This document shows positions 18,689 to 27,710 of a stretch of 64,000 bases of DNA, piece after piece; the stretch's first letter is position 1, and every line of letters begins with the position of its first letter. The notes under the pieces were generated by a model, which saw only the letters and a program-made list of their open reading frames with translations, was not told the origin of the DNA and did not search any database. A program made the position numbers and the translations under genes. Where the stretch lies: the NCBI GenBank assembly GCA_045602025.1, contig JAZSAT010000011.1, positions 11,173-75,172 on the forward strand, given 5' to 3'. The stretch is from Eubacteriales bacterium (GTDB lineage Bacteria > Bacillota > Clostridia > Oscillospirales > SIG627).

Positions 18689-19753
18689 GTGAGTCGTTTT
18701 TTCAGCGAGAAGTTTGAAAAATTAACTCCCTATACCCCCGGAGAACAGCCGAGGGATATGAAATATATTAAGCTCAATACCAACGAGTCGCCCTATCCCC
18801 CTTCTAAAAAGGGACAGAAATTGGCGGCCGAGGAAGCCAAAAAGCTTCAGCTTTATTCCGATCCCGCATGCAGAAGCTTGGTGAAGGAAGGAGCGCGGGC
18901 GTTTGGGGTAAAGGAAGAGGAGATCATTTTTACCAACGGATCGGATGAGGTTTTGAATTTTGCCTTCATGGCATTTTGCGATGAAAAAACTCCTGCCCTC
19001 TTTCCCGATATTACCTACGGTTTTTATAAGGTATTTGCGCAGCTGAACGGTGTTCCTTACAGGGAGATTCCCTTGAAGGAGGATTTTACTGTTCCTGTGG
19101 AAGCTTTTCTCGGACAGAAAAGTACGGTATTTCTTGCCAATCCCAATGCACCCACGGGGCTTTCCCTTAAAGCGGAGGAGATCGAAAGGATCTTGCAGTC
19201 AAATCCGGACAATGTGGTGGTTATCGATGAAGCGTATGTGGATTTCGGCGGTGAAAGTGTAATCCCTTTGATCCGAAAGTACGACAATCTTTTGGTCACG
19301 GGAACCTTTTCCAAATCCCGCTCTCTGGCGGGAGGAAGACTTGGCTTCGGCATTGCATCAAGCAGCCTGATCCGGGATCTGAATACCATAAGGTTTTCTA
19401 CAAACCCGTACAATGTAAACCGTATGACCATGGCCTTTGGCGTAGGAACCCTGCAGGACGAAGCGTATGTAAGAAAAAACTGCGAAGAGATCCAAAAAAC
19501 AAGGGAATGGGTCTGTGAAAAAATGAAAGCCATGGGCTTTAGCATGACCGATTCCAAAGCCAACTTCATTTTCGCAAGGCATCAAGCGGCAGACGGTAAA
19601 AAAATATATTTAGGCCTAAAAGAAAAAGGTGTTCTGGTTCGCCATTTTGATACACCGAGACTTTCCCCCTATAACCGCATTACCGTGGGAAGTTATGAGG
19701 AAATGGTGATCTTTTTGGAAAAACTGGAAGAAGTATTGGAGGATTTAAAATGA
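18689..19753 (+). CDS. hisC: Histidinol-phosphate aminotransferase
   Basis: KLNTNESPY, NGSDE, NPNAPTG, DEAY, TFSKSRSLAGGRLG; GTG start after a GGAGG RBS. Confidence 0.95.
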   Translation: MSRFFSEKFEKLTPYTPGEQPRDMKYIKLNTNESPYPPSKKGQKLAAEEAKKLQLYSDPACRSLVKEGARAFGVKEEEIIFTNGSDEVLNFAFMAFCDEKTPALFPDITYGFYKVFAQLNGVPYREIPLKEDFTVPVEAFLGQKSTVFLANPNAPTGLSLKAEEIERILQSNPDNVVVIDEAYVDFGGESVIPLIRKYDNLLVTGTFSKSRSLAGGRLGFGIASSSLIRDLNTIRFSTNPYNVNRMTMAFGVGTLQDEAYVRKNCEEIQKTREWVCEKMKAMGFSMTDSKANFIFARHQAADGKKIYLGLKEKGVLVRHFDTPRLSPYNRITVGSYEEMVIFLEKLEEVLEDLK

Positions 19754-20337
19754 GAAGTGCAACGATCGAGCGTAAAACAGGTGAAACGGAGATTTTGCTG
19801 ACCCTGAATCTTGACGGAAAAGGAGAAAGCAAGATTCAGACCGGGTGCGGTTTTCTGGACCATATGCTGACTCTTTTTGCAAAGCACGGCAGATTCGATC
19901 TTGCTGTTTCCTGTAAGGGAGATACCCAGGTGGACGATCATCACACCGTGGAGGATATCGGTATTGCCTTGGGCAAGGCTTTTCAGGAGGCGCTTGGCGA
20001 AAAGAGAGGGATTTTACGCTACGGCAATATGATCCTTCCTATGGATGAAGCATTGATCCTTGCTGCCGTTGATCTTTCCGGCAGAGGACATTTAAGCTAT
20101 TCCCTTGAAATTCCAATGGAGAAGGTAGGCACCTTTGATACAGAGCTTGTAGAAGAATTTTGGCTTGGCTTTGTAAGAAACGGAAGCCTTACCCTGCACA
20201 TTCAAAAGCTTGCGGGAACCAATTCTCACCACATTATCGAAGGGGCATTCAAATCGGTGGCTCGCTCTCTGCGCAGTGCAGTCTCTATCGATCCGTCCTT
20301 TGCCGATGATATTATGTCCACAAAGGGTGTTCTGTAA
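19750..20337 (+). CDS. hisB: Imidazoleglycerol-phosphate dehydratase (monofunctional)
   Basis: DHML, DDHHTVED, PMDE, NSHHIIE, STKG; no N-terminal phosphatase domain. Confidence 0.96.
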   Translation: MRSATIERKTGETEILLTLNLDGKGESKIQTGCGFLDHMLTLFAKHGRFDLAVSCKGDTQVDDHHTVEDIGIALGKAFQEALGEKRGILRYGNMILPMDEALILAAVDLSGRGHLSYSLEIPMEKVGTFDTELVEEFWLGFVRNGSLTLHIQKLAGTNSHHIIEGAFKSVARSLRSAVSIDPSFADDIMSTKGVL

Positions 20338-20957
20338 TGATTGCGATTATTGACTACGGCGTAGGAAATCTCTTTTCCCTTTGTTCTTCCTTGAAAAAGA
20401 TCGGTGCGGAAAGCATTGTCACCTCTGACCCTGACGACATCCGAAAAGCGGATAAATTGATCCTGCCCGGTGTGGGAGCCTTTTCCGATGCCGTAAAAAA
20501 GCTTCGGGAGACGGGGCTTGATCTTGTTGTAAAAGAGGAAGCGAAAAAAGGCAAGGACCTGATGGGAATTTGCCTCGGTATGCAGATGCTTTTTGAAAAA
20601 AGCTTCGAGTTTGGCGAATATGACGGACTTGGGCTTCTTCGCGGCAGTGTTGTTCCTATGAAAGGGGTCATTCCCGAGGAACTGAAGGTTCCTCATATTG
20701 GCTGGAACGGACTTCATTTTTCTAAAAAAAGCAAGCTCCTTCGCAATATTAAGGAAGGAGACTGTGTGTATTTTGTTCATTCCTTTTATGCCGAAAACTG
20801 CGAGGACAGCGTGGTTGCAACCGCCGAATACGGAAAGGAATTGACGGCGGCGGTGGAACAAGGAAATATTTACGGTTGTCAGTTTCATCCGGAAAAAAGC
20901 GGTGAGGTAGGTCTTGCCATTTTGCGCGCCTTTTGCGAGGGGGAGGAAGAAAAATGA
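20337..20957 (+). CDS. hisH: Imidazole glycerol phosphate synthase glutaminase subunit
   Basis: DYGVGN, LPGVG, GICLGMQ, QFHPEKS. Confidence 0.96.
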   Translation: MIAIIDYGVGNLFSLCSSLKKIGAESIVTSDPDDIRKADKLILPGVGAFSDAVKKLRETGLDLVVKEEAKKGKDLMGICLGMQMLFEKSFEFGEYDGLGLLRGSVVPMKGVIPEELKVPHIGWNGLHFSKKSKLLRNIKEGDCVYFVHSFYAENCEDSVVATAEYGKELTAAVEQGNIYGCQFHPEKSGEVGLAILRAFCEGEEEK

Positions 20958-21667
20958 TTTTATTTCCTGCCATTGATCTTTATGAAAAAAAGGCGGTTCG
21001 CTTATACAAGGGCGATTATGCCAATATGACTGTTTACAGCGAAAACCCCATCGAAATCGCAAAAGATTTCGAGGCTTCGGGCTGCACCCATATTCACATG
21101 GTGGATCTGGAGGGCGCGAAGGACAGCACAACACCGAATTTTTCCATTGTGGAACAGGTTGCCCGTGAAACCTCTCTTTTTGTAGAGATCGGCGGCGGCA
21201 TCCGCAATATGGAAACGGTAAAGCGGTATCTTGATGCGGGGGTAAACCGAGTCATTTTAGGCACTGCAGCTGTCAACGACGAGGCCTTTTTGAAAGAGGC
21301 TGTTTCCACCTACGGGGATAAGATCGCTGTGGGTGCGGATATTAAGGACGGATATATTGCCATCAAGGGGTGGCTTGAAAAATCTCAATTGACCACTGAA
21401 GAATTTTTTGAGAAAATGGAAGGGCTTGGTGTGAAGAACATTATTTGCACCGATATTTCAAAGGACGGTGCCATGAAGGGAACCAATCTCGGCCTTTACA
21501 AAAGCCTCTCGGAAAAATTCAAGATCGATCTGACGGCTTCCGGCGGTGTTTCCTCTATGGAAGACATCCAAAGCCTGAGAAAAATGGATCTTTACGGAGC
21601 GATCATCGGGAAAGCTTATTATACCGGTGCCATTGATCTAAAAAAAGCACTGGAGGTGGCAAAATGA
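20954..21667 (+). CDS. hisA: ProFAR isomerase
   Basis: PAIDL, VDLEGA, GGGIR, TDISKDG, SGGV. Confidence 0.95.
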   Translation: MILFPAIDLYEKKAVRLYKGDYANMTVYSENPIEIAKDFEASGCTHIHMVDLEGAKDSTTPNFSIVEQVARETSLFVEIGGGIRNMETVKRYLDAGVNRVILGTAAVNDEAFLKEAVSTYGDKIAVGADIKDGYIAIKGWLEKSQLTTEEFFEKMEGLGVKNIICTDISKDGAMKGTNLGLYKSLSEKFKIDLTASGGVSSMEDIQSLRKMDLYGAIIGKAYYTGAIDLKKALEVAK

Positions 21668-22422
21668 TTACCAAACGAATTATTCCTTGCCTTGATATCA
21701 AAAACGGAAGAGTGGTAAAGGGAACCAACTTTCAGGGGCTTTCCGATGTTTCTTCCCCGATAGAGCTTGCAAAAATCTATTCCGATTCCGGTGCGGACGA
21801 GCTTGTGTTTTACGATATTACAGCATCCGCAGAAGGAAGAGGGCTTTTTACCGATGTTCTCCGTGAAGTTGCTTCCCAAATTTTTATTCCTCTTACCGTT
21901 GGTGGCGGCATCAATACAGTAGAGGATTTTGACCGTGTTTTAAAATGCGGTGCGGATAAGGTAAGTGTCAATTCCGGAGCGATCCGAAACCCGAATTTGA
22001 TCTACGAAGCCGCGCAAAAGTACGGAAGTCAGTGCGTGGTGCTTTCTGCGGATGTTAAGCGTGTGGATGGCCAGTTTCGCGTATTTGCCAAAGGCGGCAG
22101 AGAGGATACGGGTATGGAGGCCATCTCCTGGATCTGCCGTGGTGTGGAAATGGGCGCAGGGGAAGTTGTGGTCAATTCCATTGATACCGACGGCGTCAAA
22201 AAAGGCTTTGATATTGAAATGCTGCAAAAGGTTGTGGAAAGCGTAAATGTGCCTGTGATCGCCTCAGGCGGTGCAGGGTGTGAAGCGCATTTTTCCGATC
22301 TTTTCCGTAAGATTCCCACCATTGATGCGGCTCTTGCGGCATCGGTGTTTCACTTCGGTCAGATCAAAATTCCGGATCTGAAGAAAATGCTTGCAGAAGA
22401 AAATATCATTATGAGGCTGTAA
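21664..22422 (+). CDS. hisF: Imidazole glycerol phosphate synthase cyclase subunit
   Basis: RIIPCLD, VVKG, GADELVFYDI, GADKVS, IASGGAG. Confidence 0.96.
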   Translation: MITKRIIPCLDIKNGRVVKGTNFQGLSDVSSPIELAKIYSDSGADELVFYDITASAEGRGLFTDVLREVASQIFIPLTVGGGINTVEDFDRVLKCGADKVSVNSGAIRNPNLIYEAAQKYGSQCVVLSADVKRVDGQFRVFAKGGREDTGMEAISWICRGVEMGAGEVVVNSIDTDGVKKGFDIEMLQKVVESVNVPVIASGGAGCEAHFSDLFRKIPTIDAALAASVFHFGQIKIPDLKKMLAEENIIMRL

Positions 22423-22432
22423 GGAGAAGGGT

Positions 22433-23443
22433 ATGATCAAATTTTCAGTTTTTGCAGATTTTCATTATAAAAAGGGAATGTATACACCTACGGTCTCCGA
22501 TCTCGAAAAGATCCTTCGGCGTGCCCACGAGGAAGGTGCGGAATTTGTTGTTCATTTAGGGGATTTCAGTAATGACTATAAAGGCTCTCCCGAAATTATT
22601 GATGCATATCTGAATAACCATTACAACCTTCCCGTTTACGGTGTGTTCGGAAACCACGAATTGGAATCGAAAAATCTGATGTCCTTTGTAACCCCGCGGC
22701 TTTGCAATCGGGAGGTAACGTGGGGTGTGGGAGAAAGAGTTGCCTATTGGAGTACCGACATCGGAAATTTTCGCCTCATTGGTCTGGATACCAACTATTC
22801 CCGCCGTCCCGACGGGGTTTGGGAGCACAATCTTGATTGTAGTTCCGGTCCCAGAAGCGGCAATGTGGATTACAATAACCTGGGCCCCGAGCAGCGCGCG
22901 TGGCTTTACGATACCTTGAAAGATGCGAAGGATAAAGGAAAAAAGGTTCTGACCTTTTCCCACGCAGGCTTTGCAGGAACCTTCTCTTCCTCTTCCGATG
23001 CTGCTGAGGTTCGCAAGATCTTTGCAGCTTTTCCGGGAACTGTGATTTTAGCGACCAGCGGACACCTTCATACCGATCATTTTGATGTGGTGGAAAATAT
23101 TGCCTACTGGGATGTAAATGTAGTTCTGAACGGCGGATGGCGGCCCCATGACAATTATCACTACACCGATGATATGACCTTCCGGTTTCAGGATTACGAT
23201 GAAGAAGGAAAACCCAAGGGTGAGGCCTACGACAGGGCAATGAATTCCTTTGGTTCTTCTGCTCGAAGCACCTGGTTTTTTACCGAGCCGCTTTCTGCTA
23301 TCGTCACTGTGACCGAAGCGGGCGAAATCGAGATCGAAGGGTCTGAGACTCAGTGGCTTTACGGCATAGAGCCGGACTGGACAGAATCGGGAATGGTTCC
23401 CTATATTTCTTCTCACAAAATAAAACTTGATCTTCCAAAATAA
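22433..23443 (+). CDS. Calcineurin-like metallophosphoesterase
   Basis: ADFH, HLGD, GNHE, SH, GHLH motifs; AAGGAG RBS; between hisF and hisIE. Confidence 0.85.
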   Translation: MIKFSVFADFHYKKGMYTPTVSDLEKILRRAHEEGAEFVVHLGDFSNDYKGSPEIIDAYLNNHYNLPVYGVFGNHELESKNLMSFVTPRLCNREVTWGVGERVAYWSTDIGNFRLIGLDTNYSRRPDGVWEHNLDCSSGPRSGNVDYNNLGPEQRAWLYDTLKDAKDKGKKVLTFSHAGFAGTFSSSSDAAEVRKIFAAFPGTVILATSGHLHTDHFDVVENIAYWDVNVVLNGGWRPHDNYHYTDDMTFRFQDYDEEGKPKGEAYDRAMNSFGSSARSTWFFTEPLSAIVTVTEAGEIEIEGSETQWLYGIEPDWTESGMVPYISSHKIKLDLPK

Positions 23444-23457
23444 GAAAGGCGACAAAA

Positions 23458-24108
23458 ATGCTTGATATTGAAAACTTGAAATTTGACGAAAAAGGATTGA
23501 TTCCCGCTGTGGTGGTGGATTCGGTTACCAAAAAAGTGCTCACGGTAGCCTATATGAATAAAGAAAGCCTGAAGATCTCTATGGAGAAAGGTCTTACCTG
23601 CTTCTGGAGCCGTTCCAGACAGGAGCTTTGGCTCAAAGGGGAGACCAGCGGAAACTTCCAGCACATTGTAAGCATTACAGCCGATTGCGACGGGGATGCA
23701 CTGGTTGTAGTGGTGGAAAAGGACGGCCCCGCTTGTCACAAAGGGACCGATTCTTGTTTTAACGATCTTGTTTGGCAAAGCGAAGAAAAACAGGAGTTTT
23801 CTCTTTACGGTCTTTATGATATGCTCCTTGACCGTCAAAAGACCCGTCCCGAAGGCTCATATACCACCTATCTTTTTGAAAAAGGTATTGATAAGATACT
23901 GAAAAAGGTAGGGGAAGAGTGTACCGAGGTGATCATCGCGGGAAAAGCAGATGACAAAAAGGAAACCATTTACGAAATTGCAGATCTTGCTTACCACACA
24001 ATGGTTCTGATGGTACAAATGGGTATTTCCGTGGAAGAGGTTCACAAGGAGCTTGCTTCCCGCCACATTATCGACCACAAGGTAAAACAGGAAAAAATGA
24101 CAAAATAA
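23458..24108 (+). CDS. hisIE: Bifunctional PR-AMP cyclohydrolase / PR-ATP pyrophosphatase
   Basis: WSRSR, KGETSG, DCDGD, ACHKG..SCF; SYT, KKVGEE, EIADL. Confidence 0.96.
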   Translation: MLDIENLKFDEKGLIPAVVVDSVTKKVLTVAYMNKESLKISMEKGLTCFWSRSRQELWLKGETSGNFQHIVSITADCDGDALVVVVEKDGPACHKGTDSCFNDLVWQSEEKQEFSLYGLYDMLLDRQKTRPEGSYTTYLFEKGIDKILKKVGEECTEVIIAGKADDKKETIYEIADLAYHTMVLMVQMGISVEEVHKELASRHIIDHKVKQEKMTK

Positions 24109-24113
24109 AAAAA

Positions 24114-24143
24114 GAAAAACCGTCGGAAAACCGACGGTTTTTT
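24114..24143. terminator. Bidirectional terminator
   Basis: AAAACCGTCGG-aaaa-CCGACGGTTTT. Confidence 0.8.
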
Positions 24144-24155
24144 GTTGGTGAAAAC

Positions 24156-24845
24156 TTAAGGTAAAATTTCGTCAATGCTTTCGAAAAGCTGAGAATCGAT
24201 TCCGTTTGCCTCTTTTTCAAGCTCGGCTGTAATATAGCCGTAGGATTTTTCGTCCAAGGTGTTTACAAGATCCGGATATTTTCCGTTTTCCAGATCGGAA
24301 AGGATCAGGCCGTACTGCTCGTTTTTCAAATGATGAAGCAATTCCTCGTATTTGCCGGAGGAAAGCTCCTTCAAAAAGGGCTCGTATTCTTCCCCGAGCA
24401 TTTTGGTAAGGCCGGGGGTGAATCCGGAAACCATACGGGAATAATTGCCGCCGATCAGGTCGGTTGCGATGGTAACAAACTCGGATAAATCCTTAAATTC
24501 CGTTCCCAAGGCGGTATTGACCACAGGAAGGATCAATCCGAACACAGAGGTGACAAGAACGGAAAGCAGAAGAAGGGAAGCAATCGCGTGTACCGTGATA
24601 TAGGTAATGCTTGCTCCTGCAAAGTTTTTAATTGTTTTGGTTTTGCCAGCAAAAATGAATATAAGCGCGGCGATCCAGCCCAGTACCGGAATGGAAAAAA
24701 GGACGATCATGCCGAGAAAAGCCCAAAAGCTGACCGTTTTTTTACTTTCTTCCGTGAGCGGCTTTTCTTCTGCGGAAAAGAAATTTTCTTTAGAATTTTC
24801 GGAAGGGGATTCTTCTTTTACAACATTTTCTTTGTATTCGTCCAT
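24156..24845 (-). CDS. Hypothetical membrane protein
   Basis: 229 aa with hydrophobic segments (SIPVLGW...KNFA); AGGAG RBS. Confidence 0.7.
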   Translation of the reverse strand: MDEYKENVVKEESPSENSKENFFSAEEKPLTEESKKTVSFWAFLGMIVLFSIPVLGWIAALIFIFAGKTKTIKNFAGASITYITVHAIASLLLLSVLVTSVFGLILPVVNTALGTEFKDLSEFVTIATDLIGGNYSRMVSGFTPGLTKMLGEEYEPFLKELSSGKYEELLHHLKNEQYGLILSDLENGKYPDLVNTLDEKSYGYITAELEKEANGIDSQLFESIDEILP

Positions 24846-24901
24846 TTTGATCTCCTTTTATTCTAGAAAAACCCACATTTGTAAAACAAACGTGGGTTTT
24901 A

Positions 24902-24977
24902 TGGTGGAGCATAGGGGACTTGAACCCCTGACCCCCACACTGCCAGTGTGGTGCGCTCCCAACTGCGCTAATGCCCC
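24902..24977 (-). tRNA. tRNA-Ala(GGC)
   Basis: GGGGCATTAGCGCAGTTGGGAGCG...CTGGCAG loop...GGTTCAAGTCC...CTCCACCA, 76 nt. Confidence 0.95.
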
Positions 24978-25037
24978 GTAAGATTAAGGGCATTGTACCA
25001 TAGCAGAAGGGAAAAAGCAATATTTTTTCAAAAAAAA

Positions 25038-25484
25038 TCAATTTTTTTGTGTTCTTACTGTTCGGAAAAGATAAAGAAGTGCCGTGATGACGCTGATACC
25101 GATGGCAAGACCTAAGGTCGTATAAAGAGTCTGAAGGCCGAATTTGTAAAAAAGGGAAAGGTTTTTTTCTACTACCGCCTCCATGGTACGATAGAGGCTT
25201 CCGCCGGGAATCAGAGGGATCAGGGAGGTGATGTAAAAAACAGTGGCGGGAGATTTTAAAAGCCTTGCTAAAAACTCCGAATAGATCTGGCAAACAGCAC
25301 CTGCTACGAGGCTCGAAAGAAAAATACCCGCATCAAACAGATGAAAGGGGATCTGATAAAAAAGACAAACAATCAGACCGCCCAGAGCTACGGGAAAAAG
25401 ATTCTTTCGGCGAACATTGAATACCATTGCAAAGCCAAGGGAGCCAAAAAAGGAGGTGATCAGTTCCGTAAGGATCGTGTTCAT
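25038..25484 (-). CDS. Threonine/serine exporter family, ThrE_2 subunit
   Basis: Hydrophobic; FAMVFN, IPLIPGG; paired with the adjacent ThrE gene. Confidence 0.85.
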   Translation of the reverse strand: MNTILTELITSFFGSLGFAMVFNVRRKNLFPVALGGLIVCLFYQIPFHLFDAGIFLSSLVAGAVCQIYSEFLARLLKSPATVFYITSLIPLIPGGSLYRTMEAVVEKNLSLFYKFGLQTLYTTLGLAIGISVITALLYLFRTVRTQKN

Positions 25485-25488
25485 ATTT

Positions 25489-26250
25489 TTACCTCCCGCA
25501 AAGCATCATAGCAAGGACAAAGCCTGCCGCAAGGCATGCCGCCCAAAGGATGCATTCCAAAAGCTTTGTAATGCCCGAAATGGTGTCGCCTACCAAAATG
25601 TCACGCACGGACATTGTGGTTGCAATTCCCGGGATCAAAAGCATAATATCGCCGATCATGATCATATCTACATGCAGCGGGAAAAGAGGCAAAGCCTTTT
25701 TTGCAAGGCAGATCCCAACGCCCGAGAAAAAGGATGCGAAAAAAAGAAAGAATGCCTTGTTTGGGAAAAAGGAGGCGATCTTTAGCTGGAAAAAGCAGAT
25801 CAAAAGACCGAAAAGGGCACTGAAAAAGCCGTCAAAAAGATTGCCACCGAAAAAGACGGCAAAAGCCCCTGCCGCCAATGCACTGCCTAAGTACAGCTTA
25901 AGGGGAGAGCAAGTTTCCCTGCAGATCTTTTTTAATTCCGATTCGATCTCTTCCGGGGGAAGGGGATTTTCGGTGCATCTCCTGCTGAGGGCGTTCAGCT
26001 TTCGAAGCTTGTCAAAATTGGTGTCTGTTTTTTCTATGCGTCGTGAACCGGTATATTCTCCCTCGGGAAAGCGAAGGGTCAGAACCAGGCTGGATGTGAT
26101 GGCAAAAACTTCTGTCCGCACGGCACCGTATGAGATGCCCATACGGGAAAGAGAGTCTTCTACGCGGCCGATCTCGGCACCGGAGGACATCATTGCTTCT
26201 CCAAAATCCAGAAAAACAGAAAGAAGGGTGCTGTTTTTAGTCTGTTCCAT
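25489..26250 (-). CDS. Threonine/serine exporter family protein (ThrE)
   Basis: SGAEIGRVED, LNALSR, MLLIPG, RDILVGD. Confidence 0.88.
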   Translation of the reverse strand: MEQTKNSTLLSVFLDFGEAMMSSGAEIGRVEDSLSRMGISYGAVRTEVFAITSSLVLTLRFPEGEYTGSRRIEKTDTNFDKLRKLNALSRRCTENPLPPEEIESELKKICRETCSPLKLYLGSALAAGAFAVFFGGNLFDGFFSALFGLLICFFQLKIASFFPNKAFFLFFASFFSGVGICLAKKALPLFPLHVDMIMIGDIMLLIPGIATTMSVRDILVGDTISGITKLLECILWAACLAAGFVLAMMLCGR

Positions 26251-26519
26251 TTTCTCTCCAAAATACGAAAAATCTTGTTTCTATTATAACGAAACAAAAC
26301 AAAAAGTAAAAGTGGGTATTTTTATTTTTTTTCGTAAAGCTTTCGGCAAAGGAGTGCTTTATCCAAAAAAATTGCTTTTTTTCCAAGGCGGATTTCGGGA
26401 AAAGGGAGACCGAGGGCGGTTTTTATGCATATATTGAAAGTAGAAAGACTTCTTTGAATCCGAAGCATTCGATCTTTTTTTTGTGTGTGTCGTAAAAGCC
26501 AAAAAATTCAGGGAAATCC

Positions 26520-26548
26520 TTGACAATACTGGCTTTTTGTGATACGCT
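26520..26548 (+). promoter_or_regulatory. Sigma-A promoter of lysine operon
   Basis: TTGACA-17-(TG)TACGCT immediately before the riboswitch. Confidence 0.65.
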
Positions 26549-26552
26549 AACA

Positions 26553-26720
26553 GAAGATAGAGGCGCACTTTTCTATGAGTAACTTTTTCCAGCGGCTGCC
26601 GTGGCCGAAAAAGCGAAAGGAGTAGGTGCCGAAGCGGTTTTCTTTTCGGCAAAGAGGCTTGCTGGCAGCTGGGAATAAGATCTCAGGTGTTGTCGCAGTG
26701 ATGCGGAGAGCTATCCAACT
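26553..26720 (+). promoter_or_regulatory. Lysine riboswitch (L-box)
   Basis: GATAGAGGCGC...AGTA...GAAAGG...GCCGAA...TGTCGC...GCGGAGAGCTATC; upstream of dapA-lysC-lysA; terminator-like stem at 26751-26783. Confidence 0.88.
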
Positions 26721-26810
26721 TCCCAAGGGATATATTTTGCGTTTTATTGGAGTTGGTAGCTGTTTTGCAGCTGCCGATTTTTTTGGAAATTTTCAGAGAG
26801 AGGGAACAAT

Positions 26811-27701
26811 ATGAAAAAAACTATTTTTCTCGGCGCGGCTACCGCGATCGTCACGCCTATGACATCGGCCGGAGAGGTGGATTATGAGAATTTTGCAAAG
26901 CTGATCGAGTTCCAGATCAAAGGTGGGATCAGTGCTCTCGTGGTTGCAGGTACTACCGGTGAAGCGGCCACCCTTTCCACCGAGGAACACATTGAGGTGA
27001 TCCGTTTTGCTGTCGAAAAGGCAGCGGGCAGAGTGCCTGTAATCGGCGGCACCGGCTCTAACGACACTGCTTACGGTGTAGAGCTTACCCGTCTTGCCTG
27101 CGAAACGGGGATTGACGGTCTTCTGATGGTGACTCCCTATTACAACAAAGCGACTCAGAGCGGTCTGTATGAGCATTTCAAGGCAATGGCAGATGTGGCA
27201 ACTTGCCCTGTTATCCTTTACAATGTCCCTTCCAGAACCGGTTGCAACTTAAAGCCCGAAACGGTTCTCCGCCTTTCCGAGCATCCTATGATCGTGGGTA
27301 TCAAGGAAGCAAGCGGCGACCTTTCTCAGGTGGCAACCCTTGCAGCGCTTTGCGGTGATAAGATTGATATCTATTCCGGTAATGATGACCAGATTCTTCC
27401 CATTCTTTCACTGGGCGGAAAAGGTGTTATTTCCGTTTTGTCAAATCTTCTTCCGGGTGAGACCGATGCGATTTGCCGCAAGTTCTTCGACGGCGATCTG
27501 AAAGGCGCAAAGGATCTTCAGCTGAAATATCTTCCACTGATCCATTTACTCTTCTGCGAGGTTAACCCCATTCCAGCAAAAGCCGCAATGGCAAAAATGG
27601 GATTTGGCGAAAACACACTTCGTCTGCCCCTGACTCCCATGGAAGAGGGCAATTATGAAAAACTGATTGAGGAAATGAAAAAACAAAAGATCGTCTTTTG
27701 A
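26811..27701 (+). CDS. dapA: 4-hydroxy-tetrahydrodipicolinate synthase
   Basis: GTTGE, TPYYNK, YNVPSRTG, GIKEASG, NPIP. Confidence 0.96.
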   Translation: MKKTIFLGAATAIVTPMTSAGEVDYENFAKLIEFQIKGGISALVVAGTTGEAATLSTEEHIEVIRFAVEKAAGRVPVIGGTGSNDTAYGVELTRLACETGIDGLLMVTPYYNKATQSGLYEHFKAMADVATCPVILYNVPSRTGCNLKPETVLRLSEHPMIVGIKEASGDLSQVATLAALCGDKIDIYSGNDDQILPILSLGGKGVISVLSNLLPGETDAICRKFFDGDLKGAKDLQLKYLPLIHLLFCEVNPIPAKAAMAKMGFGENTLRLPLTPMEEGNYEKLIEEMKKQKIVF

Positions 27702-27710
27702 GGTGAAACA

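Noticed and set aside
24790-25293. ORFs overlapping tRNA-Ala (and 31350-31604 over tRNA-Met/His)
   Set aside because: Translations of tRNA sequence.
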